A stretch of DNA of 64,000 bases from a virus (IMGVR_UViG_2905639403_000004:9376-73375), one strand, 5' to 3'; shown: positions 19,226 through 29,668, numbered from the stretch's first letter. Notes: generated from the sequence alone by a model not told the origin. Numbers and translations: made by a program.

Positions 19226-19343
19226 TTTTCGTCCTCCTGTTTGATTGGCACTAGCTTGTAGTCCACATCTTCGTACATGACGCCTACGACCTTGCCAGTA
19301 TTTTTGCTGATGTAGATGTCATCGAACGTGTCGTCTCCTGTTT

Positions 19344-20045
19344 TCATTGATCGGCCTCCTTTTCCACTGCTAATTTCTGAATGACTTCGTTGTATCTTGC
19401 GGGTATCTCTGTTGATTCAATGTGATTTTGTTCAGGTTCTAGCCATTGTCGAATATCAAATTCTTGTTCAACGTCTTTGCTATGCGGCATCACATTTACT
19501 GTGCTGAAATGCAAATAGTCGTCTTCATCGTTTTGAATGAAATATACTTGTCTAGCAGCACGTGTCAGGCTGTCACCATGAACAATTGTTGCGTTCATAC
19601 CGCGAATGGCACAATTGAATATCAAAAACGGCAACGTACTATCGCCAAGCTCTTCCAGATGGTAAAAATACATGCTTGGCAGATAATCCCACGGCTTGTG
19701 CTTCAAACGGTCTTGTTGCCATCGTTGAATCATCATTGATCCAGTCCCAGCGGCAACCTCGTAATACTCGCTACTGTCATTCGATCCAACGAGCATGTTC
19801 ACGAGCTTGCTAATGCTTTCAGGGGTGAAATCTTGTTTCTTGTCTTTGCGATCAGCTTGAACACTCATGAAATATTCTGAAAACCAGTCATGTGATACGT
19901 CTGTGCTGACATCTAGGAATTGTTTAAAAAGCTCGTTACGCTTTTGCTGATCCATGACAATGCCCATCAATGCTGATGGCGCCTGCTGTGCCTCACGAAC
20001 ACCAATCAGCTTGTGAACGATATCAGCCGTAAATTTTACTGACAT
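19344..20045 (-). CDS. N6 DNA methylase-like (HsdM-like) protein, apparently lacking motif IV
   Basis: QDFTP and EVAAGTGSM (motif I), HGDSL; no NPPF/DPPY. Confidence 0.8.
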   Translation of the reverse strand: MSVKFTADIVHKLIGVREAQQAPSALMGIVMDQQKRNELFKQFLDVSTDVSHDWFSEYFMSVQADRKDKKQDFTPESISKLVNMLVGSNDSSEYYEVAAGTGSMMIQRWQQDRLKHKPWDYLPSMYFYHLEELGDSTLPFLIFNCAIRGMNATIVHGDSLTRAARQVYFIQNDEDDYLHFSTVNVMPHSKDVEQEFDIRQWLEPEQNHIESTEIPARYNEVIQKLAVEKEADQ

Positions 20046-20224
20046 ATTTCCTCTACTTTCTTGATAATCAGTGGTTCCGGAATATCGACTTTAATGTCAT
20101 CACCACGGGTGTTGCGTGCCTTTTTGTGCTTGGCCATGTTCTCGTTAATCCAGCGGATACACCGAGATTGATACTTGGCTCGGTAATACTCGGTTCCTGT
20201 GTTTAATCCTGCTACTACGTACAT
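20036..20224 (-). CDS. Hypothetical phage protein
   Basis: MYVVAG start with GGAGG RBS. Confidence 0.6.
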   Translation of the reverse strand: MYVVAGLNTGTEYYRAKYQSRCIRWINENMAKHKKARNTRGDDIKVDIPEPLIIKKVEEICQ

Positions 20225-20541
20225 TTGTTTTCCTCCAATAGCTTCACAGCATCGTCTGCCGATCTGCATACGCCGTAAATTACCTTTGTTCCTGATATGG
20301 CGGCCGCAAAACGTTTTTGATCTTCACGAAGTCTTCCTTTTTCGTTTTTGCATTCAACCAGTACAGCACGTCCGTCCGCCTTACGGACAGCCGTAATATC
20401 AGGCCACCCAGGCGGTGGTCCTGCGTTGAAAAGTCTTCCGTCCACAGTTCTTACAGTTCCCACGTTCGTTCTAGCAACAATGCAACCATGTTCCGATAGT
20501 GCCAGCATGATTTCTGATTGAATGGCATGCTCTGATTTCAT
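20215..20541 (-). CDS. VRR-NUC nuclease
   Basis: SEHAIQ, GWPDI, VECK..GRL..Q. Confidence 0.9.
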   Translation of the reverse strand: MKSEHAIQSEIMLALSEHGCIVARTNVGTVRTVDGRLFNAGPPPGWPDITAVRKADGRAVLVECKNEKGRLREDQKRFAAAISGTKVIYGVCRSADDAVKLLEENKCT

Positions 20542-20555
20542 GTATGCTCCTTTAA

Positions 20556-20800
20556 TGTCGGATGTGACGGATAATGTGACGGATGATTAGAATCATCTAG
20601 GCCTACTCTCGCAACGCTTCTAGTCTATTTGTGACGGATGTGACGGATGAATTGAAAAAATGAGTTTACACTATACTTTTTATATTTATCTATATATACT
20701 TTTTAACTATTCATCCGTCACAAGAAAGAAATATAGGCTAAAGCCTTACAGCCGTAAGGGTTGTCGATAAAATTCATCCGTCACACCATCCGTCACACAT
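20556..20800. repeat. Putative phage replication origin (iterons)
   Basis: Four GTGACGGAT copies then three inverted ATCCGTCAC copies around an AT-rich core, just downstream of primase-helicase. Confidence 0.75.
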
Positions 20801-20803
20801 CTT

Positions 20804-23104
20804 TCATATTTTTGCCCAATTTAAGCGCGGATCGGTTTTTTCTTTAATTCCTAAATACATCCGCCCGTTTCGCTTTCTAACGTATTCGAATTTCTTCTGC
20901 ATTTCTGCACCAAACTTTTGCTTGCGCATCTTGTACTCACCCGATTTGTCACACCAGTCAACATATGTTTGGTAAAGCTGACCAGCGGCGGCCTGATAGC
21001 CGGGCCCTTTTTCACAGCAATCATTGATAAACAGTTCAAGAACATCCATTTCTGTTCGATACTCATTGCTTGCATCTTTCACACTCTGCGGCGGCTCTAA
21101 TCCTTCGCGCTGCCACTTAAGTGCTCCATCAACTGCCCAATTTAGAATTCCGATCGATTCACGTTCTAGCTTGTATGTGAGTCTTTTGTCTACCTGATCC
21201 ACTGGCACTTGATGAGTAAATGGAATTAGCATCAATCTTCGCCAGATACCATCATCTGTTCCTCGAATAATTGGCTTGTGGTTAGTTGACAGCCAAAGCT
21301 TGAATTCTGGTTTGAATTCGAACTCTGATCCGTATAAAAAACGTGCGGTAACAGATTCTCCTCCGGTTAACTCTTTGATAAGTCCTTCATCTAGTCGGAC
21401 GCCTTCATTTGGTTCACTTGCAGATACCAGACGAGCTCCCTTTAGTCTTGCAATATCGCTGTTGGCACCCCCGCTAGACTGCTGAACCATAATTGATTTG
21501 GCTTGCATCGTGCGTGAATAACTTCCAGCTATGTGCTTGAGAGTATCCATGAAAACAGATTTACCATTTCGCCCTGATCCATAAAGGATAAACATGACCT
21601 GCTCTTCAACTGATCCTGTTAATGAGTACCCGACCGCTTTTTGAATGTAGTCAATTAATTCGTTGTCTCCATTGAAAGTCTGATTCAAAAAAGCTTGCCA
21701 TTCAGGACACTCAACAGTGTCTGAATATTCAACGTTTGATTTCTTCGAGAACATTTTCTTGATGTCATGCTCGTGAAGAGTCCCATCAGATAAATCAATA
21801 TATCCGTTGTCAACATTCATTAAGGTCTGATCAGCATCAAATTCATCAGTTGTCACCGGTAGACGATGTTGAATCTCATCTTCAAGCGCTCTTTTAGCAC
21901 GATTTCCACGACTGGTTTTGCAAAACTTTGCCCATTCCTTCTCAGCTTTTTCCGGATCAACATCAGGAGGAGTTTTTGGCTTTTCTTTTTTCAAGTCAGC
22001 AATTACTTCGTCAATCATGGTTCGCAATAAGCCACGCTTATCAAGTTCCCAGAAGCTACCATTGTAGATATACCAAGCCTTATCGATATAGCTGTACCTT
22101 GCGACATCACCATATCGATCAACAAACCTATCTGCATTGCCTGTGTCATCCCACGAACGAGGAGGAAACGCTTTTGGCTTGCCAGTGTCAGTAATAAATC
22201 CAAGCTTGTATTTAGGCTTTTCATGTTTCGGCTGATAAGTGTCACGCACATCATTAATGGCTCGGTTGAGTGTTGAAACGCCGTAGGTTGTTTTTCCGTG
22301 CTTCTCGTCCCACTTTGGTCTCATTAACGATGAATGTCGGAATATACTGTCCATCCGGGTGAAATCTCTGCCTGTCCAAAATGCCAAGTCATTTGCGAAT
22401 GCCAGATCAGCCTCCGATTGAGATGGATATAATGGTTCCCAGCCTCCGTTGAGCAGTTTCTTAATTCGATCACCACTTTTAGATTTCAGCATTTTAATGA
22501 TGATCTCATCTTCAGAAAGATTGTTAGGTGCTAAATTGCACCTGCTGGGCAAATCGATGACGGTTTTTGGCTCCAACTACTTTGTATATATCCGTTTGAA
22601 TTCCTCTTTTGATGGAGAATTGATTGAATGAAACTTGCCAATCTCATCGCCAGTCATTGCAAAGAACCGCCCGCTTTGATACATCTCAACATTAGATTTT
22701 CTTCGGCGTGTACCGGGTATTTCGCCTTTGACAATGATGTGAATACCAGCACCAGACATTGATCTTTCGGTATATGACTTGAAAGTATTCATGAACTCCC
22801 ATGCGACATTGTCGTCGGTTTGTCCCTCTTCTAGTCTCTCCAAATCATCGCCAATATGATCAACGTCAATTCCTACATATCCGTTTGCAAAGAAAAATCC
22901 AAGTCCGTCAAGGTCATAAGCCTGTAATGCTGTGATTGCTTCTTCAAAAGTTACCCACTGTTTCGAGTCCGTTGAGCTTGTTTTTGTGCCAGTTAAGGCA
23001 GAATAAGGAATCTTAGTATATTTATTTTTTTCTGGTTGCCAGATTCGGTGAAAGCAGCCCCATTGTTTTAGGGACCGTAGTTCTGCTGGAATGCGTTCAT
23101 ACAT
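20804..23104 (-). pseudogene. PrimPol-D5/P4 primase-helicase split by in-frame TAG at 22577-22579
   Basis: 175 aa PrimPol ORF (GIDVD, SGAGIH) and 590 aa SF3 helicase ORF (GSGRNGKS) are in the same frame separated only by the stop. Confidence 0.75.
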
Positions 23105-23115
23105 TCTTAATCCTC

Positions 23116-23634
23116 CTAGAATGGCAAGTCGGAATCGCCAATTGGTTCATGAGGCTGACTTGGTTGAGAATCATCCTTAAATTTGTGCGCAACTTGTGGA
23201 TACTTGCTAGCATGAACACTCCACGGGGCCACTGTGTTCCGATCACCATATTCAGGGCTTTTCTCAACTTTGACATAAACTCGTACAGGCTTGTGATAAA
23301 TAGCTTTGCAGAAATCATCGATGCTATTTAACGGAGTGCCTTCAGGGATCTTTGTCGCTTCCAATACATACTGGAGACCGTCCATATCGTATTGGTTCGT
23401 AGCTTTGCGCTTCCAGTTATCGAAAAAGACAACTCGGTTATGGTACTTTCCGTTCGTTTTTGGCTCTGCTGCATCAAGATCATTGCGAACCGTGAGACGT
23501 AGCTGTAGTGATTCTGATCCACCCTTGGTTGCAATTTCACCGGCCTGCGTAATGACCATTTCATATTCACCCTGTGGAAGTGGTGAAAAATCGTTTTCCT
23601 GATTCTTGCTATAATCTGCGGTAATGAATGACAT
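23116..23634 (-). CDS. DUF669 SSB-like protein
   Basis: PLPQGEYE start, DLPF C-terminus. Confidence 0.85.
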   Translation of the reverse strand: MSFITADYSKNQENDFSPLPQGEYEMVITQAGEIATKGGSESLQLRLTVRNDLDAAEPKTNGKYHNRVVFFDNWKRKATNQYDMDGLQYVLEATKIPEGTPLNSIDDFCKAIYHKPVRVYVKVEKSPEYGDRNTVAPWSVHASKYPQVAHKFKDDSQPSQPHEPIGDSDLPF

Positions 23635-23763
23635 ATTAGTTTCCTCCTAAAAAATTGTGTTCGGCAGCAATTCGGTTCCCGCACTTCTTGATGTAAAGCC
23701 GGTGCGCCCAATCATTTTAAGTTTTCCGAATGTTTTTACTTCATATTCAATGGCTCCACGCAT

Positions 23764-25140
23764 CTATGCTCGCTTCCTTTCCTTTAGCCATCCCCTGGCC
23801 ACAATCTGGTGGTAAGCCCACCCAGGCTTATAGCCATGTGCTTTTGCAATTGCATACATGTCTTCGGGTGACTCGGCATCTTCGGCTTTCATTTGTCCAT
23901 ATTTTGTTTTTGAATAGTCCGCAACTATTTTGAATACTTTCTTGTCTACCTTTTTTAACTTGGCTGTAGGATCAACTTCAAGATCAGCACCATCTGCTCT
24001 GAATGAATATCCGCAAAGTGGGCATTGCTTAACCTGTGCAGGAACAATTCCGTAACATTTTGGACAGCTCTTGATCGCAGGTCCGTCTGATTTACCCCTG
24101 CGCTTTTCCTGCTTAGGTCTATCTTCAAGCGACCATTCACGGTCAGCATCAGGAAGACCAAAGCGATAAACGTTCGCAACGTGATCAATAATGATTGCCC
24201 TTTTGTTCGGCCTATAGCGCATTCCTCGCATCGATTGCTGAATAAACAACGTTAGCGAATCAGTTGGACGAAGCATAATAACTGTCTGACAATCTGGAAC
24301 ATCCACACCTTCGCCGTATAATTCTGCGTTAACGAGTATTTGTGTTTTACCCGATCGGAAGTTGACCATGGCTTCCTTCCGTTTTTCCGCTGGCGTCTTA
24401 CCGTCCACTTGCTGAGCATGATATCCTGCACAATTAAATGCTTTGGCAATATCAATGCTCGCTTGGACGTTATGCGCATATACGATCGTTTTTGTGCCGT
24501 CTGCAACTGTTCGATAAGTCTTTAATACATCTCCGAATACTGCTCGAATCTTAACTGCATCATCCATTGACTTGTTGGAATAATCGCCTGTAGATGTACG
24601 TTTCAATTTTTCAACATCAATCAATGTTGGTGCATAATAATCAAATGGTGCTAGAAAATGGTTATTTATCAGCCAGTCGATCTGTGGACCGATAATTAAA
24701 TCATCGTACACGTCCCCCAAACCCTTCCCTGACAGGCGGACAGGTGTTGCCGTGAAACCAACCAATGTTGCATTGTCGAAATGTCTAAATACTCGTTTGT
24801 AACTAGTAGCGAGAGAGTGGTGAGCTTCATCGCACAAAATTAGTTGTGGTGTTTTCATTTTTGCTATTCGTCTCGTAACAGTTTGAATCATGCCGATATC
24901 GCACAAGCTCATATTCACGCCCCAGTTATCAAACGTTCGTGTCACTTGTTGGATAATCTCTTGCCTGTGGACAACAAAAAGTACACGATTTCCCTTATCG
25001 GTAGCAGACTTTGCTATTTCTGCCATTGTTATGGTCTTGCCTGATCCAGCTGGCGATTGCACTAGGACGTGCCTATGTCCGTTTAAAAGCGATTGCTTTG
25101 TCTTTTCAATTAACTTCGCTTGGTATGGTCGAATGCCCAC
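23764..25140 (-). CDS. Superfamily II DEAH helicase
   Basis: PAGSGKT, DEAH, TATP, C-terminal zinc finger. Confidence 0.92.
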   Translation of the reverse strand: MGIRPYQAKLIEKTKQSLLNGHRHVLVQSPAGSGKTITMAEIAKSATDKGNRVLFVVHRQEIIQQVTRTFDNWGVNMSLCDIGMIQTVTRRIAKMKTPQLILCDEAHHSLATSYKRVFRHFDNATLVGFTATPVRLSGKGLGDVYDDLIIGPQIDWLINNHFLAPFDYYAPTLIDVEKLKRTSTGDYSNKSMDDAVKIRAVFGDVLKTYRTVADGTKTIVYAHNVQASIDIAKAFNCAGYHAQQVDGKTPAEKRKEAMVNFRSGKTQILVNAELYGEGVDVPDCQTVIMLRPTDSLTLFIQQSMRGMRYRPNKRAIIIDHVANVYRFGLPDADREWSLEDRPKQEKRRGKSDGPAIKSCPKCYGIVPAQVKQCPLCGYSFRADGADLEVDPTAKLKKVDKKVFKIVADYSKTKYGQMKAEDAESPEDMYAIAKAHGYKPGWAYHQIVARGWLKERKRA

Positions 25141-25711
25141 GTCTATAGTTCCCCCTTCTTGCAGGAATAGTCACTGCAAGTACTGGATCCCATCCGCGCT
25201 CGATTCGAGATGAAATCAAACAATATTTCTTTCCAGTAATGCTTGACCACTCTTTCATACTGTGGCTTTCTCCATTAATCGTGATGATTACAGGACGTGG
25301 ATCTTTTCCAAATATTGCGTCCTCAGCCGAATATCCCCGAACAATTCGAGAACGGATGCAAGAAGCAGAATATGCTGATCTTTTAGCCCATTCCGAAGCA
25401 GTTTTGGTAACTCCTTGGCATAAAATTGTGAAGTTATTACTTCTGTTATTCTGCTGAACCTTTTGGTTTACCCAGCGACAATTAGCAGGCTCGTAATTTC
25501 CGTCTACTTTTATGCGATCAATAGTTAGTCCCTTCTCATACCCAGATGCTTGTGCCCAGACGTTAAATGCTTGAAAATCGTGCATCCATTCACTACAAAC
25601 ACGAATTCCGCGAGCACCGTATCGATAAAATTTGTGGTTATTTGGATTGTTGCACCGCTGTTTCATGGTGCTCCACACTCCGTACAAGGGGTTTTCTCTC
25701 ACTCTGCTCAT
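25106..25711 (-). CDS. HNH-like homing endonuclease
   Basis: YGARGIRVC..TIDRI..GNYEPANCRW. Confidence 0.8.
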   Translation of the reverse strand: MSRVRENPLYGVWSTMKQRCNNPNNHKFYRYGARGIRVCSEWMHDFQAFNVWAQASGYEKGLTIDRIKVDGNYEPANCRWVNQKVQQNNRSNNFTILCQGVTKTASEWAKRSAYSASCIRSRIVRGYSAEDAIFGKDPRPVIITINGESHSMKEWSSITGKKYCLISSRIERGWDPVLAVTIPARRGNYRRGHSTIPSEVN

Positions 25712-26396
25712 CACTGTCACCTCCAAACTTAAAGAGGTCCTCAATGGCGCACGCAGTTCGATCATCCAAACGATTTTTGGCAAAGATTGCATCTGAACCT
25801 GCAAGGATAACTCCTCGGTGGCTTGTCTTTGTGCTGATGACTACGCGTCCTACAACGTCCGTCAGGCCTAATAGCCCGTCACGCACGCTGTCACGAATTG
25901 CTGGTGCATACTGGCTGAACGATTGTCCGGTTTCGCTCGTAACATCTCGTGTGTTCTCCCAAGCGGTTACTAGCACGTTAACTGGTGCGTCCATGAAGAT
26001 CATGGTCATGATACGAGCAAAGTAATTTGTCCATCGTGAGTAGTCCTGAAGCTCGTTACCAATACCGTTTTTACTGTGCTTGCCCATCTCGACAAACCAG
26101 TCTTTTTCGAACGCTGATACGTTGTCGATCACCAGATTGTCATATCCGGAAACACGCTCAGCCAGATTTTTCAGGAACTCTTTCCATTCTTCGCTTGGCT
26201 TGCTTCGGTCAAATGGCTGCACATCGATGTTCGGTGCACCGGATAGCACTTTTGAACTGTCATCCAGATCTAGCACAAGTGTTTTGCCATCAAGATTGCG
26301 AATGGCTGATGTTTTGCCGACGCCAGGCTTTCCATAAATCAAAACTCGCCAGTTCTTTGTTCGATCAATTGCAGATGCATGTTTAATTGGCTGCAT
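25638..26396 (-). CDS. Sak4-like AAA ATPase recombinase
   Basis: IYGKPGVGKT, FAKNR. Confidence 0.85.
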   Translation of the reverse strand: MQPIKHASAIDRTKNWRVLIYGKPGVGKTSAIRNLDGKTLVLDLDDSSKVLSGAPNIDVQPFDRSKPSEEWKEFLKNLAERVSGYDNLVIDNVSAFEKDWFVEMGKHSKNGIGNELQDYSRWTNYFARIMTMIFMDAPVNVLVTAWENTRDVTSETGQSFSQYAPAIRDSVRDGLLGLTDVVGRVVISTKTSHRGVILAGSDAIFAKNRLDDRTACAIEDLFKFGGDSDEQSERKPLVRSVEHHETAVQQSK

Positions 26397-26405
26397 GATT
26401 TCCTC

Positions 26406-26897
26406 CTACTTAATCAATAAATGCTCACCGCGTGGCTTAAGCTCCGCACCAAGCACTTTTTCTCCGGCTTCTAATCGTTCTCGAATCTTGTCTGTATCTG
26501 GTTCGCGTTTTATCTTGAATACATCAGCCTGCAAATTGTCTTGATCGATGTAAATTTGCTGTTTTCCGCCATTCTTAGCAACACTGATAGTGAATAGCGG
26601 TGTCTTGATTTTGCGTTGATTAGTTTCGTTCATTGCTTCAACCAACCGCTGTGAAATAGTACCGAGATTAGATTGATAAGCTTTAATCCGTGCTTCGAAA
26701 CGGTCACGTTCTTTTTTGTTAGCTTCAATATCGGCCTTGATTTGGCGAATAACCTGTGCATATCCTTCGGCTTTGTCATTAATTGCATCCACGATTGAAT
26801 CCATGGTGTCGGCCAATACTTCGGGATCAGTTGTCCCGTCTTCAGCTAGTTCTAATAAACTCGCATATTTTCCTTGTAAGTCGTATAATGTTGACAT
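26406..26897 (-). CDS. Siphovirus Gp157 family protein
   Basis: MSTLYDL, KIKTPLFT, GAEL. Confidence 0.88.
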   Translation of the reverse strand: MSTLYDLQGKYASLLELAEDGTTDPEVLADTMDSIVDAINDKAEGYAQVIRQIKADIEANKKERDRFEARIKAYQSNLGTISQRLVEAMNETNQRKIKTPLFTISVAKNGGKQQIYIDQDNLQADVFKIKREPDTDKIRERLEAGEKVLGAELKPRGEHLLIK

Positions 26898-26914
26898 AAT
26901 AACTTTCCTTTCTA

Positions 26915-27121
26915 TCAGTCGTTGGCGTGCGGGCCAGCGGCTTTTTTCATAGCTTGTTTGATAATGAATAGGATTGCGTGTGCGCCATCTTCCTGACCCA
27001 TGGCGTACGTTTGATGAGGGTCTGTGTTGTTCTGGCCATAATCAGTGGCAACCTTGTGATATTTGGCGATCTGGCGGTTCGCTTCGGCTAGAATTCGTTC
27101 GTATTCCTCATTAGTCATCAC
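26915..27121 (-). CDS. Hypothetical phage protein
   Basis: ORF in early operon. Confidence 0.6.
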   Translation of the reverse strand: MMTNEEYERILAEANRQIAKYHKVATDYGQNNTDPHQTYAMGQEDGAHAILFIIKQAMKKAAGPHAND

Positions 27122-27122
27122 G

Positions 27123-27275
27123 TCATCCCCTTAGTTTTGCTAGCCGTGCACGCAGCTTCTCATTCTGGACAAGCAACATCTTTGCAATTGGTGTGTGGTT
27201 GCCACGAATGATGTCTAACGTCAATTTGTTGTGATCTTTCAGCAAATCACCAATGGTACGTTCTGCTTCATTCAA
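27123..27275 (-). CDS. Small hypothetical protein (50 aa)
   Basis: Read manually, TTG start after GGAGG: MNEAERTIGDLL... Confidence 0.5.
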   Translation of the reverse strand: MNEAERTIGDLLKDHNKLTLDIIRGNHTPIAKMLLVQNEKLRARLAKLRG

Positions 27276-27356
27276 TCCACTGCCTCCAATTTCCGCTGTG
27301 GCCTAAGCAGTGACCAATGATCACGCCGAAGCCACCAGCAATTAGTAAATAACCAA

Positions 27357-27680
27357 TCATTTCTCCGCCCTCTTACTGATTTCTGGAAAGTGGCTCTGCA
27401 CAAAATCGTCAAATGGAATTGGCTTGCATAAGTAGCTCGACTTTCCGCCATGTGGGTACATCACAATACGATCTCGAAGTTCGCGTTCATACGGAGAAAA
27501 TACGTTCCGCTTAAACCATTCCTTGTCACGGTGATACCGGTTTTTCAGGTCTGTAACATCCCACCAGCGACGATAATCAGCGTCTCGCTTCAATTGCTCG
27601 TATCCTGAACGGTCAACGATTGTCTTGTCTTCAGGTAGCGTGATAGTGATTTCGGGGTTAATCTTCAATGTTGTTTCCAT
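27357..27680 (-). CDS. DUF771-like protein (possible excisionase)
   Basis: RWWDVTDL..WFK pattern, position in early operon. Confidence 0.7.
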   Translation of the reverse strand: METTLKINPEITITLPEDKTIVDRSGYEQLKRDADYRRWWDVTDLKNRYHRDKEWFKRNVFSPYERELRDRIVMYPHGGKSSYLCKPIPFDDFVQSHFPEISKRAEK

Positions 27681-27778
27681 GGCATTTCCTCCTTTCCTAC
27701 GATGCTTAATTTAAAATGATTGCGCTTCCTTTATTTGTGAGATAATAGAAATATCTCATGATGAAGGAGGCGAATTCC

Positions 27779-27916
27779 ATGTATCATACAGGCGATAAAC
27801 CAGGTACCGGTAATTACAGATGTATCAACTGCGGTGAGATCATCACTCTCGACCAGTCAACGGACACGCTTCCACCGTGCCCATCTTGTAACGGAACCAA
27901 CTGGATAAAGCTTTAA
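27779..27916 (+). CDS. Small zinc-ribbon protein (YjzC-like, 45 aa)
   Basis: Read manually: MYHTGDKPGTGNYRCINCG..LPPCPSC; AAGGAGG RBS. Confidence 0.75.
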   Translation: MYHTGDKPGTGNYRCINCGEIITLDQSTDTLPPCPSCNGTNWIKL

Positions 27917-27933
27917 ATCTTTGACGAGGTGGC

Positions 27934-28047
27934 TTAGGCCACCTTTTTGTGTTTGATGAACATGCATTTACCGAAAATCATGATCCAACGGCACGTAAAC
28001 TTGCCTTCATCGTTCGAATAGTTTGTCTTGAAAAATCCTGTTTTCAT
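27934..28047 (-). CDS. Small hypothetical protein (37 aa)
   Basis: AAGGAGG RBS before MKTGFFK. Confidence 0.5.
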   Translation of the reverse strand: MKTGFFKTNYSNDEGKFTCRWIMIFGKCMFIKHKKVA

Positions 28048-28102
28048 TACATTTCCTCCTTTCCTGTGATCGCCTCCTGACGGATAATGAAACCGAAAGG
28101 AG

Positions 28103-28297
28103 GTGATTATTTTGGAGCCTAAAAAGATTGATGATGCTCTGCAACGGGCAGTCGACAAGCTTGAGCCAGAACTCAACGTCACTATTCATGCTAGTGACGT
28201 TATTGACGCTGTTTCTGAGTCCAATAAGGACAGCAAAAGTTTCTCAATTCGTTTAATTCAGGAAACCCTGCACGAACTTTTTGATGATCGCAATTAA
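28103..28297 (+). CDS. Hypothetical protein, antisense to early operon
   Basis: AAAGGAGGTG RBS. Confidence 0.6.
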   Translation: MIILEPKKIDDALQRAVDKLEPELNVTIHASDVIDAVSESNKDSKSFSIRLIQETLHELFDDRN

Positions 28298-28404
28298 TCG
28301 CTTGTGATGGCCGTTAATTACGATGTTGGTACTCATGCCTGCTGAAATCCTAGAGTGCTCATTGGTGTCGCTGGCATTAATGGGCATTTTTTTATTGCGT
28401 TCGT

Positions 28405-28653
28405 TCATACCGTCATCCCCTTTTGCTGTGACTGCTTATATTTGACGTATTCGATAGCTCGCTTCCAACGATCTTTGTCGATTTGATTAGCAGTTAATCC
28501 CTGGCCGTCAGTCATCTTCTTAACTAGAATTGCCATTACCTGATCACTGATACCGAGAAATTCCGCGATTTCGAGCTGCGACAAATTCAAATGTAATAAG
28601 TAGCCTTTCCAGTCATTACGATTAGCAGTCCAATTGAGCTGCACGTTTACCAT
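28405..28653 (-). CDS. Cro-like regulator
   Basis: LSQLEIAEFLGIS HTH, divergent from CI. Confidence 0.75.
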   Translation of the reverse strand: MVNVQLNWTANRNDWKGYLLHLNLSQLEIAEFLGISDQVMAILVKKMTDGQGLTANQIDKDRWKRAIEYVKYKQSQQKGMTV

Positions 28654-28701
28654 GTACTCACCTCCTGTATTTAATTAATTAATCAAGCAGTTGAAATTAG
28701 G

Positions 28702-28875
28702 TATCGAATGCGGTACTATTTGTGCATAGCAAATAGCCGAATGTAGTTACTCTTACCGGTCATCTCGTCAAAGTGTCAATCGGTAAGGGCTTGTTCGTAT
28801 ATTGCTCAATTACTTGATGAACTTATAATAATCGAATTCGGTACTTTTGTAAAGCCGTTTTTACCAAATTCGGTA
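28702..28875. promoter_or_regulatory. Genetic switch with three operators
   Basis: TATCGAATGCGGTA (28702), AATCGAATTCGGTA (28830), TACCAAATTCGGTA (28862): variants of palindrome TACCGAATTCGGTA. Confidence 0.75.
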
Positions 28876-28911
28876 TTTATAACGTTCTCTCGAAAGAGGG
28901 ATGCTTAGAAA

Positions 28912-29253
28912 ATGATGTTTGACCGCATAAAAGAAACAGGAAAAAAGCTTAACTTGAACGTAAAAGAGATTGCCATAAAGGCAGGAATTGGAGAAAACGC
29001 AATCTACCGTTGGAAAACCTCTCAACCTTCTGCTGATAAGCTACAGGCCGTAGCAGACGTTCTTCATGTTTCTGTGGACTATCTATTGGGGAATACGGAT
29101 AACCCTTCACCTAAGTCATCAGTTAAACCACCTGACCTTGCCGACGACAATCTTTTTATGTATCAAGGTAAGCCTATTCCAGAAGAGGACATGGAAACTC
29201 TCCGTTACATTCTTGACAGTTATCGTAAGAAAAAGGGTAAGAACCATGAATGA
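28912..29253 (+). CDS. CI-like XRE repressor
   Basis: HTH, VSVDYLLG. Confidence 0.9.
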   Translation: MMFDRIKETGKKLNLNVKEIAIKAGIGENAIYRWKTSQPSADKLQAVADVLHVSVDYLLGNTDNPSPKSSVKPPDLADDNLFMYQGKPIPEEDMETLRYILDSYRKKKGKNHE

Positions 29254-29668
29254 AATGCTTGCTAATGTTCTCAACTATGCATATGACCACAACATCAGCT
29301 ATAGCATGGTACCCTTTGACAACTCCGAAACACCACCAACTTGCGACACTGAATTGAGGTTGATTGTTCTAAACTCAAACTGGTATCAGCCAAACGAGAT
29401 GGCCTTCCAAGCGGCACATGAATGCTCACATGTTCTAAACGGGGATCGTGGAAAATTTAAATATTCAAACTTTTATTCCAAAAGTAGAACTGAGGGCAAT
29501 GCTAATAAGCGAGCACTTTCAATTGTCATTCCGATGTACTTTAAAGATCTAGAAGCTGATGAAGCGAATCTATTTCAGTTTATGAATGACCTAGCAATAC
29601 CAAGTTGGCTTGAAGACGCTGCGTCATCTTCAATTAATTCATACTATCAACGCAATCTTTTAATTTAG
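29246..29668 (+). CDS. ImmA/IrrE metallopeptidase anti-repressor
   Basis: HECSH, E..AN; follows repressor. Confidence 0.88.
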   Translation: MNEMLANVLNYAYDHNISYSMVPFDNSETPPTCDTELRLIVLNSNWYQPNEMAFQAAHECSHVLNGDRGKFKYSNFYSKSRTEGNANKRALSIVIPMYFKDLEADEANLFQFMNDLAIPSWLEDAASSSINSYYQRNLLI

